NCBI GenBank assembly: GCA_001724265.1
Contig: MEDY01000205.1
Coordinates: 62,001 to 94,294 of the forward strand
DNA: 32,294 nt
Direction: 5' to 3'
DNA from: Rhizaria sp. SCN 62-66
Lineage: Eukaryota
The notes below the pieces were generated by a model that was not told the DNA's origin, ran no database searches, and saw only the letters and a list, made by a program, of their open reading frames with translations. Position 1 is the first letter of the stretch; each line of letters starts with the position of its first letter. Positions 22,701-32,294 of this stretch are shown in pieces. Position numbers and translations under genes: made by a program.

Positions 22701-25700
22701 CTGAGCTTGAGCCTAAACAACCCAAGCAGCAGCAGCAGCAGTCGACTAAGAAGAAGCTCGGCGCTCGGTCCAGCAGCAACCTCAACGCCAGTGGTGCCAT
22801 CCCAGACATCAGCGCACTCGCCCGCTCCCCGTCCTTCGCCGCCACTGCGTCGGCTAATCCGAACGCGACTACAAGCGCAGCTTCTGGCGCCGAGCCCGCG
22901 ACGAGTGGACTGGTCACCGGCTCCGGCTTGAACCGGATGTCCTCGCTCTCCCGCAGCAAGACGATGGCGCTCGATACGCTCCGCCAAACGCTGCTGAACC
23001 GCAAAAACAAACAGCAACTCGGCGCAAACGCCCCTAGCGCGAACATCGCGACTGCTGCTGCTGTTGCTGCTGCCTCGCCTGAAGCAGGCTCCAGCGCGCT
23101 CACAGTCACCTGCGCTGACCCTGAGTCCACCGCGACTACGACTGCGACCGTTGGTCCTGTGAAGCTGTGGGCGTCCCCGCAGTCGACCGCCACGGCCGCC
23201 GACCTCGCGACCGCGCTCGCCGTCCCTAGTGCTGCAGCGACGAACGTGCCGTCGCCTCTCGTGCGCCCCGGGAGCGGCGGCAGCAGCGCGCGCCTGCCGG
23301 CGCCAACGCCGCTTGTCACCTCGGCCGCGGGCACTCCCCTCGCCGGCACCAGCAGCAGCAGCACTGTTAACGGCAGCGGCCGCCACACGTTCTTCTCCCC
23401 TCAGCACCAGCAGTCGAGCTCTCTCTACGGCACCTATAGCAGTAGCAGTACCAAGACGTGGACGCGCGTGTTCCACCCGAGCCCTGACGTAAACCCTGAC
23501 GGCACCCCGTTCGAGTACCGCTACCTGCGCATCGCCGACCCGGCGCGCGCGCTCGAGACGGCTTCGGAGCGCCGCGCGCGCCGTCAGCTGGAGCAAGAGC
23601 GCGCCGACTCCGGCCTCCACGCCGCCGAGTGCCGCGACGCCATGGTCCACGCCGCCGCGGTGCAGCACGAGCTGCGGACCCGCGCCGTGCTTGCGCACAG
23701 CCACAACGCGCACGTCGAGCACAAGGCTGAGCGCGCGCTGCTGTCCGTTGTGCTGTACGTCTGCCGCGTCGCCGCCTGCGAGTGGCGGCCGGCGGTGTCG
23801 CCTGCGCAGCCGCCGGCGCCGCTGCCGCCGCTGGGACTGCCGGCCGGAGACATCGCAGCCGCCGCGGCGGCGGCGGCCAATAGCGCTGGCCCTGGCGAGT
23901 CGCCCCACGCGGCCGCGCTAGCCGTGCTCGCCGCCGCCACCAGCAGCGGCAGCAGCAGCAACAGCAACAGCAGCGGCAGCGGCGCTGGAGTCGACGCCGA
24001 GTCGGTGTGGACCACCGGACTCGGCTTCGGCGTCGCCGCGCCCGTGTACCCGATCCCGCTTTCGTGGTCCGCACTGTCGCGGTCCGAGGCCACGAAGCGC
24101 CGCGTCCACGCGCTCAACCTGCTGCTGCACGTGCTGCAGCGCTCAGAGGGCTTCTTCAAGTCCAACAAGGCGTGCGCGGCTGTGTTGAAGCGTGTCGTGG
24201 TGCCTGCGCTCGTGCAGTGCTGCAGCGCTCACTGGGAAGCGCCGACGGTCTTCCGCGCCGCGCTGCAGGTCTTCGTGCACTTGTTCCAAGTCTTCCGCGA
24301 CGACCTGGTGCTCGAGCTCGGCGCGGTCATGGACGGCGTGCTGACGCCTCTGCTGTCGTCCTCCCTCGTCGCGGTCGACACGAAGCGCGACGTGCTCGAG
24401 ATGATCGCGCATTTGCTCTCAGGCCCCTCCGCGCTCTTGTCGCTGTACGCCGCGTACGACGTGTCGTTGCGCCGCTACGGCCTCACCGTCTACCAGGGGC
24501 TCGTGACGGCGCTCGCGGCCGTGGTGCAGGGCGACGTGCGCCCCGTCTCGCTACTATTGCCCGACGCGGGCGCGCCCCCGCAGGCCGCCGCGGAGGCCCG
24601 CTTTACCGCCCTGGCCGGTTGGCACGGCGTTGCCGCGGCCTACGCCGCCGAGCCTGCCGCCGCTGCCGCCCTCCGCCGCGCCGCGCTGCGCGTCCTAGTT
24701 CTCCACCTGCACTCGCTGGCGCAGTGGGCAGGCGTACCTGCGCTCGAGCTCTCGGCCGAGGCGCGCGCCGCGCTGCGCGCCACGTGCCAGACGTTTCTCC
24801 CCGTCCTCCAGCGGTCGCGGCGCTTTCCCTGGCGCGCCGGCACGACGGCCACCGAGCGCGCCGAGGCCGCCGGTCTCGCCCCCACACAGCTGCAGCAGCA
24901 GTCTAGCAACGGCGCTGGTTCTGCGTCTGTGGCGGCGAGTCCCAGCAACATGGACGGGTCGATCGCCTTCTCCTCGATGTCGATGTCGATGGATGACATC
25001 GACGACGCGGCCGCCGCGGGCGAGCTCACCGGCGGCGGCGGCGGCGTCGTGCCGACCCCCGGCCTCCGCTCCGCCAGTCTCCGCGCGCGCGCCGCGCTGG
25101 CCGAGGTCGCCCGCCGGCTCGCCGTGCGGGAGGAGGCGGCGACGATGCTTCCCTGCCAGGTCGAGGGCGTGCTGGAGGACTTCGTGCGGCTGCACGTGCG
25201 CGCGCGCCGCCGCCGCGCCGTGCGGCGGCTGCGCGCCCGGCTGACGGCCTCCGCGATCGCGGGCGCGCGCGGGGGCGTCGTGTCCCCGCCGCCCCCGGAG
25301 GGCGACGAAGAGGCCAGTCTCCGCGAGGCCGTCGTGGAGGAGGAAGAAGAGGAGGAGGAGGACGCGGCCGAGCGCGCCTCCACCTCGCGGTTGGGCCCCT
25401 CACCGCAGCTGCCGAATGTCGTCGAGGGCCGGCGCCGCGGCGGCGGCGGCCGCGGCGGCGCGTTGACCGGCGGGTTCGACTCCGCGCTGCACGACGACCA
25501 CCACGACGACGAGGACGACGACGACGAAAGCGACGACGAGGACGACGACGAGCGGGACGTCGCCGCCGCCGCCGCAGCCGGGGTCGACGTGGCAACAGCA
25601 AAGGCTGCTCGGTGTGCCGCGGCCGCCGGTGTCGCCGCCAGTGCGGAGCACCTCGACGCCCTCGTTACCGACAGCATTTTCAACAACAACTCGAGCGCTA

Positions 25701-28700
25701 ATCCTAACGCTGGGAGCAATTCTAGTAGTTTCTATGCGTTCTCGAACGCCGGCAGCAGTGTCATCTCCCCGTCTTCGGCCGCGACTGGCTCCCATAACGC
25801 CATCAGCGGCAGCGCGAACATGTTGACGGGCTCGAACGTGCCTCTGACGCTGGCAGTGCTGGCCGCGGGCCGCGCGCAGAGCGACAAGTGGCAGCGCGCC
25901 TGCGCCGCGGCCACCGCGGCAGTGCTCGGTCTGCCGGTCACTCTCCCGGAACCCGAGCCTGAGCCCGAGGCCGAGCCCTCTGAAACCGAGGCCAAGGCCA
26001 AGAATGCGACCGCTAATAAGAATAGCTGCGAAGAGGATAGCAAGGAGTCCCAGCAGCCGCAGCCCTCGCCGGCGTCCTCCGTCGCCCCCGCTGCTTCGAC
26101 CACGGTGGTGCTGAAAAAGGGCTCTCTGCACACCGCTGTGTCCGTGCTGCGCGCGTTTGACCGCGCCTGGGCGACTCTACCGATGATCGCACTGTACCTC
26201 TACACCAACTCGGTGCTCGACAAGAGCCTCATCGGTGACTTCATCGCCAGCGGCTACGACAAGGTGTGGACCGCCGGCCAGTTCGCAGACCTGCGCCGCG
26301 TCTACGGCCGCCTGTTTGACTTCACGGGTATGCGGTTCGACGCGGCGCTGCGGCTGTTTCTGTCGGGCGCGGGCAACTTCCGGATGCCTGGCGAAGGTCA
26401 GAAGATCGACCGCATGGTGGCGATGTTCTGCGACGCCTACTGCCGCGACAACCCGTCCGCCGTGGCGGCCAACACGCCGACCACGAACCAGACCGCCGAG
26501 CTGGCCGTGGCGCGCGCGGCGACCTTTTCGCCCAACGAGACAGTCTTCGCGTCCGTTTCAGCCGCGCATTTGGTGTGCTTCGCGCTGATCATGCTCAACA
26601 CTGACCACCACGACCCGCGCCTGTCCAAGGGCGGCGCCGGCGCCGGGGCGCAGCAGCAGCAGCAGCGTAAGCGTATGACGCTCCCGGCGTTCTTGCGGAA
26701 TCTCCGCGACGGCAACGGCGGCTACCCGATCGACCCGCGCTTCCTGACGGCCGTGTACAGCTCGATCGCGGCCGAGCCCATCGAGTGGATCGGCGCCGGC
26801 GGCACAAACAACTCCGCCGCCGCGATGGGCGAGGACGACCATGCCCTCGTGCTGGCCGTCCACGGGAAGCTCAGCGCGCTCGCGGGCCCCCGCCCCTCTT
26901 CTATGGCTGCCGCCGCCGCGCAGTCGCCGCTCTCCCTCTCGCAGCCTCAGTCTCCGTCTCCGCAGTCGTCTCAGACTCAGACAGCGCTCGGTCTGCAACA
27001 GCTCGCTTTCCGCGGTAACGGCTCCGCGTCCTCCGCCGCCGCCGCCGCACTGCTGAGCTCGATGCTCGACTCGTGCGCCGCCGCCGCGCCGTCGTTCGCG
27101 GCCGCCTCCCCGGCCGCCGTCGTCGCCTTCACCGGCCACGGGCTGGGGGCGGGCATCACCGCCGCGGCCGCCGTGCCCGCCGCGCCCTCCGTTGCCGCGA
27201 CCAGTTCCCCGGCATTCGCTCTCGTCCCCGTCGCGCTCCCCGGCCTGACGTATATGCCGCTGCCGGCCGCGCTGCCGGCGGGGGAGAACGAGCTCGCCGC
27301 CGCCGCGCTCGCCGCCGCCGCTGTCGCCACCGTGCCCTCATCCTCGTCGTCGTCGCACCAGGTGCTGTTGCCGAACGGCACGCCGGCGCCCACCGCGGCG
27401 CAGCTCGTGCAGTTCACGCGCGCACGCGTCGGTTTGACCCGCGCGGGTGTGAGGCAGACGCTCGGCCGTTTGCGCCACCTCGCGATGGCTGTCGCCACCC
27501 CCGCCTCTCAACAGCAGCAGCAGCAGCAGCAGCAGCAGTCGATGGGCGGCGGCGGCGGCGCCACGATGGCCGCGGCCATGGCCTCCGCGCTCGCCTCTGG
27601 GCTAGTCTCGGCCACTGGCGGCTTCGCCTCAGGCGGCTCAGGCTCTCTGGCCGGCCTCAGCAGCGCGCTCACCGCCGGCGCCGTCGTCCCCGCGGGGTCC
27701 ACGACCTGGCTCTGGCCCTCGGCGTCCTCCCCGGCGCTGCAGACGACGACTCAGATCGCCGCCGAGATGTGGGAGACGGTGTGGATCCGCGTCGCCGCTG
27801 CGCTCGCCGCGCGGGTTGACGCCTCGGTGTTTGTGAACTCGAGCGTGAACGATGCCAATAACGCACGCGCCAACAGCAACGGCGAGGACCACACAGACGG
27901 GGAAGTCGACACGCTCCACCTCTGCGTCGATGCGCTCGCCTATGCCTCCACGCTGTCGGCGGTGTTCTCGCGCGCCGACGCCGCCGCGATGCCGCAGCCG
28001 GCGCCGCGCAACGTCTTTCTCGCCGGCGGCCGCACGGCCGTCTTCGCGAGGCTGCTCGTCTTGCTCACCCACGCGCTCGACGGCGTGGAGTCGCGCCGTC
28101 TGCGGCATATGCTGCAGCAGCGGATTCAGTCCCGCTCGCTCTCGCGCTCGCTCGTCTCTGTCGCCGGTGCGGGCAACGGCAACAATAACTACAACAGCAG
28201 CAGCAGAAGCCTTGGCGGCAGCATCGGCGGGGGCCGCGCGGCGTCACTGAGTGTGTTCGGCAGCTCCGGCGGCGCCGGCAGCAATGCAGGGGGGCAGCTC
28301 GGCTCTGGCGCTCTGCAGAGCAACAGCAACGGCGGCGCCAACTCTTCGGCGAACGGCAGCAGCAGCAGCGGCAGCACCGGTAGCAACAGCGAGGACAGCA
28401 AGCGCCCTGAGAACAAGCTCGAGCTCCTGCGCAAGCTTCTCTTCTCGTCCGACCTGTCTGATTTGACGACTGCATTAGTGGACCACTTCCACCAGCGGCG
28501 CCAGGACCAGCGCCAAGAGGCGCGCCGCCGGTCCCCGCGCAACAACCGCCCCAGACTGATGTCCGCCGCGCCGCTCGTGGTGCTGCCGGCGTCGCCGGTG
28601 AGCGCGGCTGGGTGGTGCAAGGCGCTCTTCCTCGTCGCGTCCGTCGCCAAGAAGGCCGTCAGCACGCAGCGCCGCATGGAGGTGCTGCGCCAGCTGCAGC

Positions 28701-29116
28701 GAGAGTTCGGCGGCGAGGTCGCGCTTGTCCTGGCCGTCCCGCCCGGTCTCGCCGGCGCCGGGCCCGGGGGCGCGGCGGGCGGCGCGGGGCTCGGCTTCGC
28801 GGGGCCGCTGCTGGGCGCGAACGGCGCGCTCCAGGTGCGCGGCAGCCTCTCGGGCGCCTCCGAGGCCGACCGCCACACGACCGCGCTCGTCACGGCCGCC
28901 GCGGCCGCTGCGGGCGTCGGCGGCATCGCGGGCGGCATTGGCGCCGGCAGCGCTCTGTCCGGGTCCGCGCTGGGCGCCGCGGGGGCCGCCGCGGGCAGCG
29001 TCGTCGGCGCGGTCGCGGGCGAGGCGGCGGGCGGGCCCGCGGCCGGGGGTGCCAGCCGCTCCCTGATCAAGGCCGGGCAGCTCGTCAAGATCGCTTCCTC
29101 CACGGGCAAGCACCAG
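16691..29116 (+). CDS. Large Sec7-domain Arf guanine-nucleotide exchange factor (BIG/GBF-like core), exon 1 (12.4 kb)
   Basis: ATG at 16691 follows a pyrimidine-rich leader. It contains a CX4CX9CX2H motif (17345-17401), three MABP-like repeats (about 18509-20056) and a HUS-like region (about 24090-24470, …LLSLYAAYDV). The Sec7 domain (about 26110-26790) shows LDKSLIGDFI, FDFTGMRFDAALRLFL, FRMPGEGQKIDR (Glu finger 26393-26395) and FALIMLNTD. HDS1-like MWETVW and the PH start RSLIKAGQLVK follow. Confidence 0.92.
16766..16795 (+). repeat. (CAG)10 polyglutamine microsatellite
   Basis: Ten perfect CAG units; another CAA(CAG)9 tract lies at 27509-27538. Confidence 0.9.
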
Positions 29117-29260
29117 GTACGCATCTTACATATTACATATTCCACCATATATCTCGCAATTCTATAAAAATCGAAAATATTGTTTGTTTACATTATTTTC
29201 AATCTACTTTATCTCACTTTACTTTTTCGTCTGCCTCCTTTGTTTTGTTCGTATCTATAG
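29117..29260 (+). other. Spliceosomal intron (144 nt, phase 0) within the PH domain of the GEF
   Basis: CAG|GTACGC…TTTGTTTTGTTCGTATCTATAG|GAG; AT-rich with an in-frame stop. Splicing gives KIASSTGKHQ-EYAFFLLSDLLLYA, a contiguous PH strand pattern. Confidence 0.93.
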
Positions 29261-30634
29261 GAGTATGCGTTTTTCCTGTTGTCGGACCTGCTGCTGTACG
29301 CGACATCCTCCGGCGGCAGCGGCGACGAGTCCCGTCGCCTGCGCTTGCACCGCGCCCTGCACCTCTCGCTGCTGCGCATCGTCAACATGCAGGGCCCGCG
29401 CCCGTCGCAAACCTCATCTGGCGGCGCGAGCTCGAACAGCAACAACGGTCCGCACTTGTTCAAGGTTGTGTCGCCGCAAAAGACGTTCGTGGTTAGTGCG
29501 AGCGATGCGCGCACTAAGGCGGCGTGGATGTCCGCGATCACGGCCGCGGCCAAGGCGCAGGTGGCGAAGCGCGCCGTGTGGGTGCGCACGACGCTCACGG
29601 TCATCACACTGCCTCCCGTCGCGGGGCCCGCGCCCGCGCCGCACACGCCCGCGTCCACGTCCGCGATCTCCGGCGCGGCGGCGGGCTCGTCCGCGCTGCT
29701 GATGCCGCCGTCGGTGTCGACTTCAGCGATGACCTTCGCATCCACGGTTACCGGCACCGGCATGATGACGCGCACGGGCGCTGGCGCTGGCGCGGACGGT
29801 GCGCGACTCACGCTCAAGATCACCGAAGAACGCTCCGGGTCGCGCGCGGACGACGACGATGACGACGACGATGATGACGCCGCCGCGGTCGCGCTCGGCC
29901 TCGCCTCGCCGCGCCACCGCAACACCGAGAAGGCCGCCTCCCACGCTGGCGCTAACGCTGACGGCGCGGTGCTGTCGCGCGTGCCGTCCTCGGACCCTTC
30001 GCACCCGGGGCCGCACGCGATGTCGCACCGCGGCAGCCTGGATATGACCGCCGCGCCTGCCGCAGCCGCAGCAGCCGCTGCAGCAGCAGCAGCAGCAGCA
30101 GCTGCGGCGGCGCTGGCGGAGGGCTCTGGCCAGGCGCAGCGGCACCGCCGCACGCAGTCTCTCGCCGCGGCCCGCGGGTCGGGGTTCGGGCCCGGCAGCG
30201 GCGCGCGCGCGCTGATGGCGTCCGCGACGACGGCGCCGCTGAGCGAGCTGGAGCGGATCCGGCGGTACTCGCACTACGCGGCGCACTCGGCGCTGCCGCT
30301 GCCGCTGCCGCTGGCCGTGCCCGCCGAGGCGACGCCCGCGGCTGTCGCCGCCGCGCAGCAGCAGCTGCTCGTGGTGCAGCAGGGCCAGGGCCAGGTGCAG
30401 GCCAACCACTGCCGGTTGTGTCTGCGCGTGTACACGCTGTTCCGCCGCAAGGCCGTGTGTCCGCTGTGTCGCGTGCACGTGTGCAACGAGTGTCTGGACA
30501 AGCGCGCGCCCGTGCCCAGCGGGGAGACGCCCGGACAGGGCAAGACGACGATGCAGAAGGTGTGCGACTCGTGCTGGGGCTTCTTGACCAAGATGATTGG
30601 GGACCACCACCACATCTTCTCCGCCAGTGAGTAA
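29261..30634 (+). CDS. Arf-GEF exon 2: remainder of an FGD/Phafin-type PH domain plus a C-terminal FYVE-like zinc finger
   Basis: FFLLSDLLLYA…FKVVSPQKTFVVSASDARTKAAWMSAI, then the eight-Cys finger CRLC..RRKAVCPLC..VCNEC..KVCDSC (30410-30574). Stop is TAA. Spliced protein is about 4599 aa. Confidence 0.92.
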   Translation, partial: EYAFFLLSDLLLYATSSGGSGDESRRLRLHRALHLSLLRIVNMQGPRPSQTSSGGASSNSNNGPHLFKVVSPQKTFVVSASDARTKAAWMSAITAAAKAQVAKRAVWVRTTLTVITLPPVAGPAPAPHTPASTSAISGAAAGSSALLMPPSVSTSAMTFASTVTGTGMMTRTGAGAGADGARLTLKITEERSGSRADDDDDDDDDDAAAVALGLASPRHRNTEKAASHAGANADGAVLSRVPSSDPSHPGPHAMSHRGSLDMTAAPAAAAAAAAAAAAAAAAAALAEGSGQAQRHRRTQSLAAARGSGFGPGSGARALMASATTAPLSELERIRRYSHYAAHSALPLPLPLAVPAEATPAAVAAAQQQLLVVQQGQGQVQANHCRLCLRVYTLFRRKAVCPLCRVHVCNECLDKRAPVPSGETPGQGKTTMQKVCDSCWGFLTKMIGDHHHIFSASE

Positions 30635-32050
30635 AAGCACGCAACTTTGCAATCAAAGCTCGTTCGCTTCAGCAATAACAAAAATATGGCCGTGCAGCAT
30701 GAAGGAATGTTTATATGGCTAAAAGCTGTTCCCCTTTTCTGTGTCGTTTTGTTCTTGCGTCTTCATAACCCGTGTGTGTGTCTAAAACAACAACTGTGTA
30801 TGACTTCCTGTAGTGAGGTCTGGGACTGACTGGCATACTTACTTTGCTTTGCTTGGCTTTGCCTCTCTCTTGGTTCTCGTGCGTGCATTTCTCTTCGTGA
30901 TGTTTGTTTCTCTCTCAGTCTTCTTTTTGTTTGTCTTGCCTGTACATGTCTGTCTGTCCGTCCGTCCGTCCGCTCACCTGTTTATATATATACGATGTAT
31001 AAGTCCATTTTTTATTTCGATATGCGTTTTTGCTCGCTTCACGTATTACGTGTTGCTAGTTTGTTGGCGCCCTATGATTGTGATGATTCTCTTGAGTATG
31101 TAGTTGCGTGTTTTGCTGCTTAATGATGTGTTCAAATCTGTTTCAATGTGTGTGCTTGTTACTCTGCGTGAGTGAGGAATGTGTTACTGAACAAATGACC
31201 TGATACTTCTATCTTAATGGTGTTGTGCTGACCTTGATCTTGTTCTAAAGATCATCACGACAATCGGTCAGAAGATGATAAGGAAATGCTCAGTTCGTAC
31301 TACATTTCCTTGTGTCTGTTGAGTCTCACTCGGTTATTTCTTATTTTCTTTTGATCTGCTTTGTTCACACATTCTTTTTATCCTCTTAACATCAAAATCA
31401 CAACAACAACTCTCGGTGCAACATCAATTCCACTTAGTCATCGTTCAACAGTCACTTACTAATGCACATTCTTGTGTGCATTTTTTACGTCCACAACACA
31501 TCGTAGTATCAGATTTCAATGCGTCCGCTGTGTGCTCCTTGTATATATATAAACCCATAAACACAACAGTTCTTTTATTTCATTCAAATCTATCGAATCT
31601 CATCTCTGTAATTATTTGGTAAGCATCCCTGAATTTTCGTCGTTGTGATTCCACGTAAGCAACTAATACGAATACGAAGTGTAGACTGAATGATGTCTTC
31701 TTTCAAATTGCAAATTGTATTGGTTTTGTAGTATTTTGTTTGCAAACTCACTCTAAACACGGACTGGCGGTCGCTAAATGCTGCTGAAGTTGGGATATAA
31801 TAGTTATGTCCAGCAACATCGCGATCGCAGTCAGTCAGTCAACCAGTCAGTCCCCACGACTCTGTTTGCTTTCTCAGCTATTCTAAGTATCTTATTGGAA
31901 CATGTTTTGTCCCTATCGGGCACGCTACGACTCTCCCGTCTCGAATCTAGATGACTCGAGAAGGCTCTTGTCTCTAGACTCGAAGACTCCATTCACAGCA
32001 GCCTTGTTCACTCCGCATTGTTAAGAGTCTTGCGTGTCTGCGTCTTGCGT

Positions 32051-32280
32051 TTACGCTGAGTCCTTAGGGGGCAGCGCCTTGTCGCGCATCTCCTTATCAA
32101 ATGTCTTGAGCGCGGCGAGAATGGCCTTGACGCCCTTGGAGCGGAAGCCCTGGAGCGCGGCCGTGCGCGCGGGCCCCTCGGCGCCCTCGAGCTTGATGCG
32201 CGTCACGTCGTGGTCGTCGGAGCCGAAGGAAACCTCGGCCAGGTAGCACGAGCCCGTCGCGGAGAAGTCGTCGAGCTCGA
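32051..32280 (-). CDS. 3' end of a gene, probably an Aha1 N-domain (Hsp90 ATPase activator-like) protein; 5' part lies outside the window
   Basis: High-GC3 codons. GSCYLAEVSFGSDDHDV…FRSKGVKAILAALKTFDKEM resembles the end of the Aha1_N fold (G-x-x-x-I-P-x-L-S, acidic loop, terminal amphipathic helix). Stop is TAA at 32051-32053. Coding status is clearer than the family call. Confidence 0.6.
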
Positions 32281-32281
32281 G

Positions 32282-32294
32282 ACACACACACACA
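32282..32294. repeat. (AC)n dinucleotide microsatellite at the window edge
   Basis: ACACACACACACA; may be intronic or a contig-end artefact. Confidence 0.6.

Noticed and set aside
17822-30681. Many long antisense or alternate-frame ORFs (up to 460 aa) over the GEF
   Set aside because: Expected from high GC3 and triplet repeats; the translations are Arg/Gly/Ala-rich without domains.
30813-31103. 96-aa hydrophobic ORF after the GEF
   Set aside because: A by-product of T-rich 3' UTR composition, with a non-ATG start and no GC3 bias.
31080-31203. Possible C/D-box snoRNA (GTGATGA … CTGA)
   Set aside because: No convincing terminal stem or recognisable rRNA guide; such boxes arise easily in TG-rich 3' UTR sequence.
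1-32294. CRISPR arrays, transposons, tRNA/rRNA genes, prokaryotic operons
   Set aside because: I saw no repeat-spacer arrays, transposase/RT motifs, terminal repeats or structural RNA signatures. The repeats present are coding microsatellites.

Overview
Eukaryotic nuclear DNA, probably a protist (lineage cannot be fixed from the sequence alone). GC-rich exons are separated by AT/pyrimidine-rich intergenic DNA and a few GT-AG introns. Five protein genes are supported. (1) A minus-strand USP7/Ubp15-like deubiquitinase runs off the left edge (ATG 6455, intron 2663-2870). Its first exon contains one in-frame TAG at 5466-5468, and the ORF track misses its catalytic exon. (2) A two-exon TlpA/ResA-type WCPPC thioredoxin carries a C-terminal SAP/ARMET-like module. 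(3) A ~2115-aa single-ORF myotubularin has a variant HCSDNFDRT active site. (4) A ~4600-aa Arf-GEF has the unusual architecture Zn-motif/MABP/HUS/Sec7/partial HDS1/PH/FYVE-like. (5) The 3' end of a probable Aha1_N-domain gene lies at the right edge. All four visible gene ends use TAA. The main leads are the internal UAG (recoding, readthrough, editing or error) and the chimeric GEF. The large proteins are also heavily inflated by low-complexity insertions whose codon usage differs from the conserved blocks. Domain calls come from recognising motifs by eye, not from database searches.
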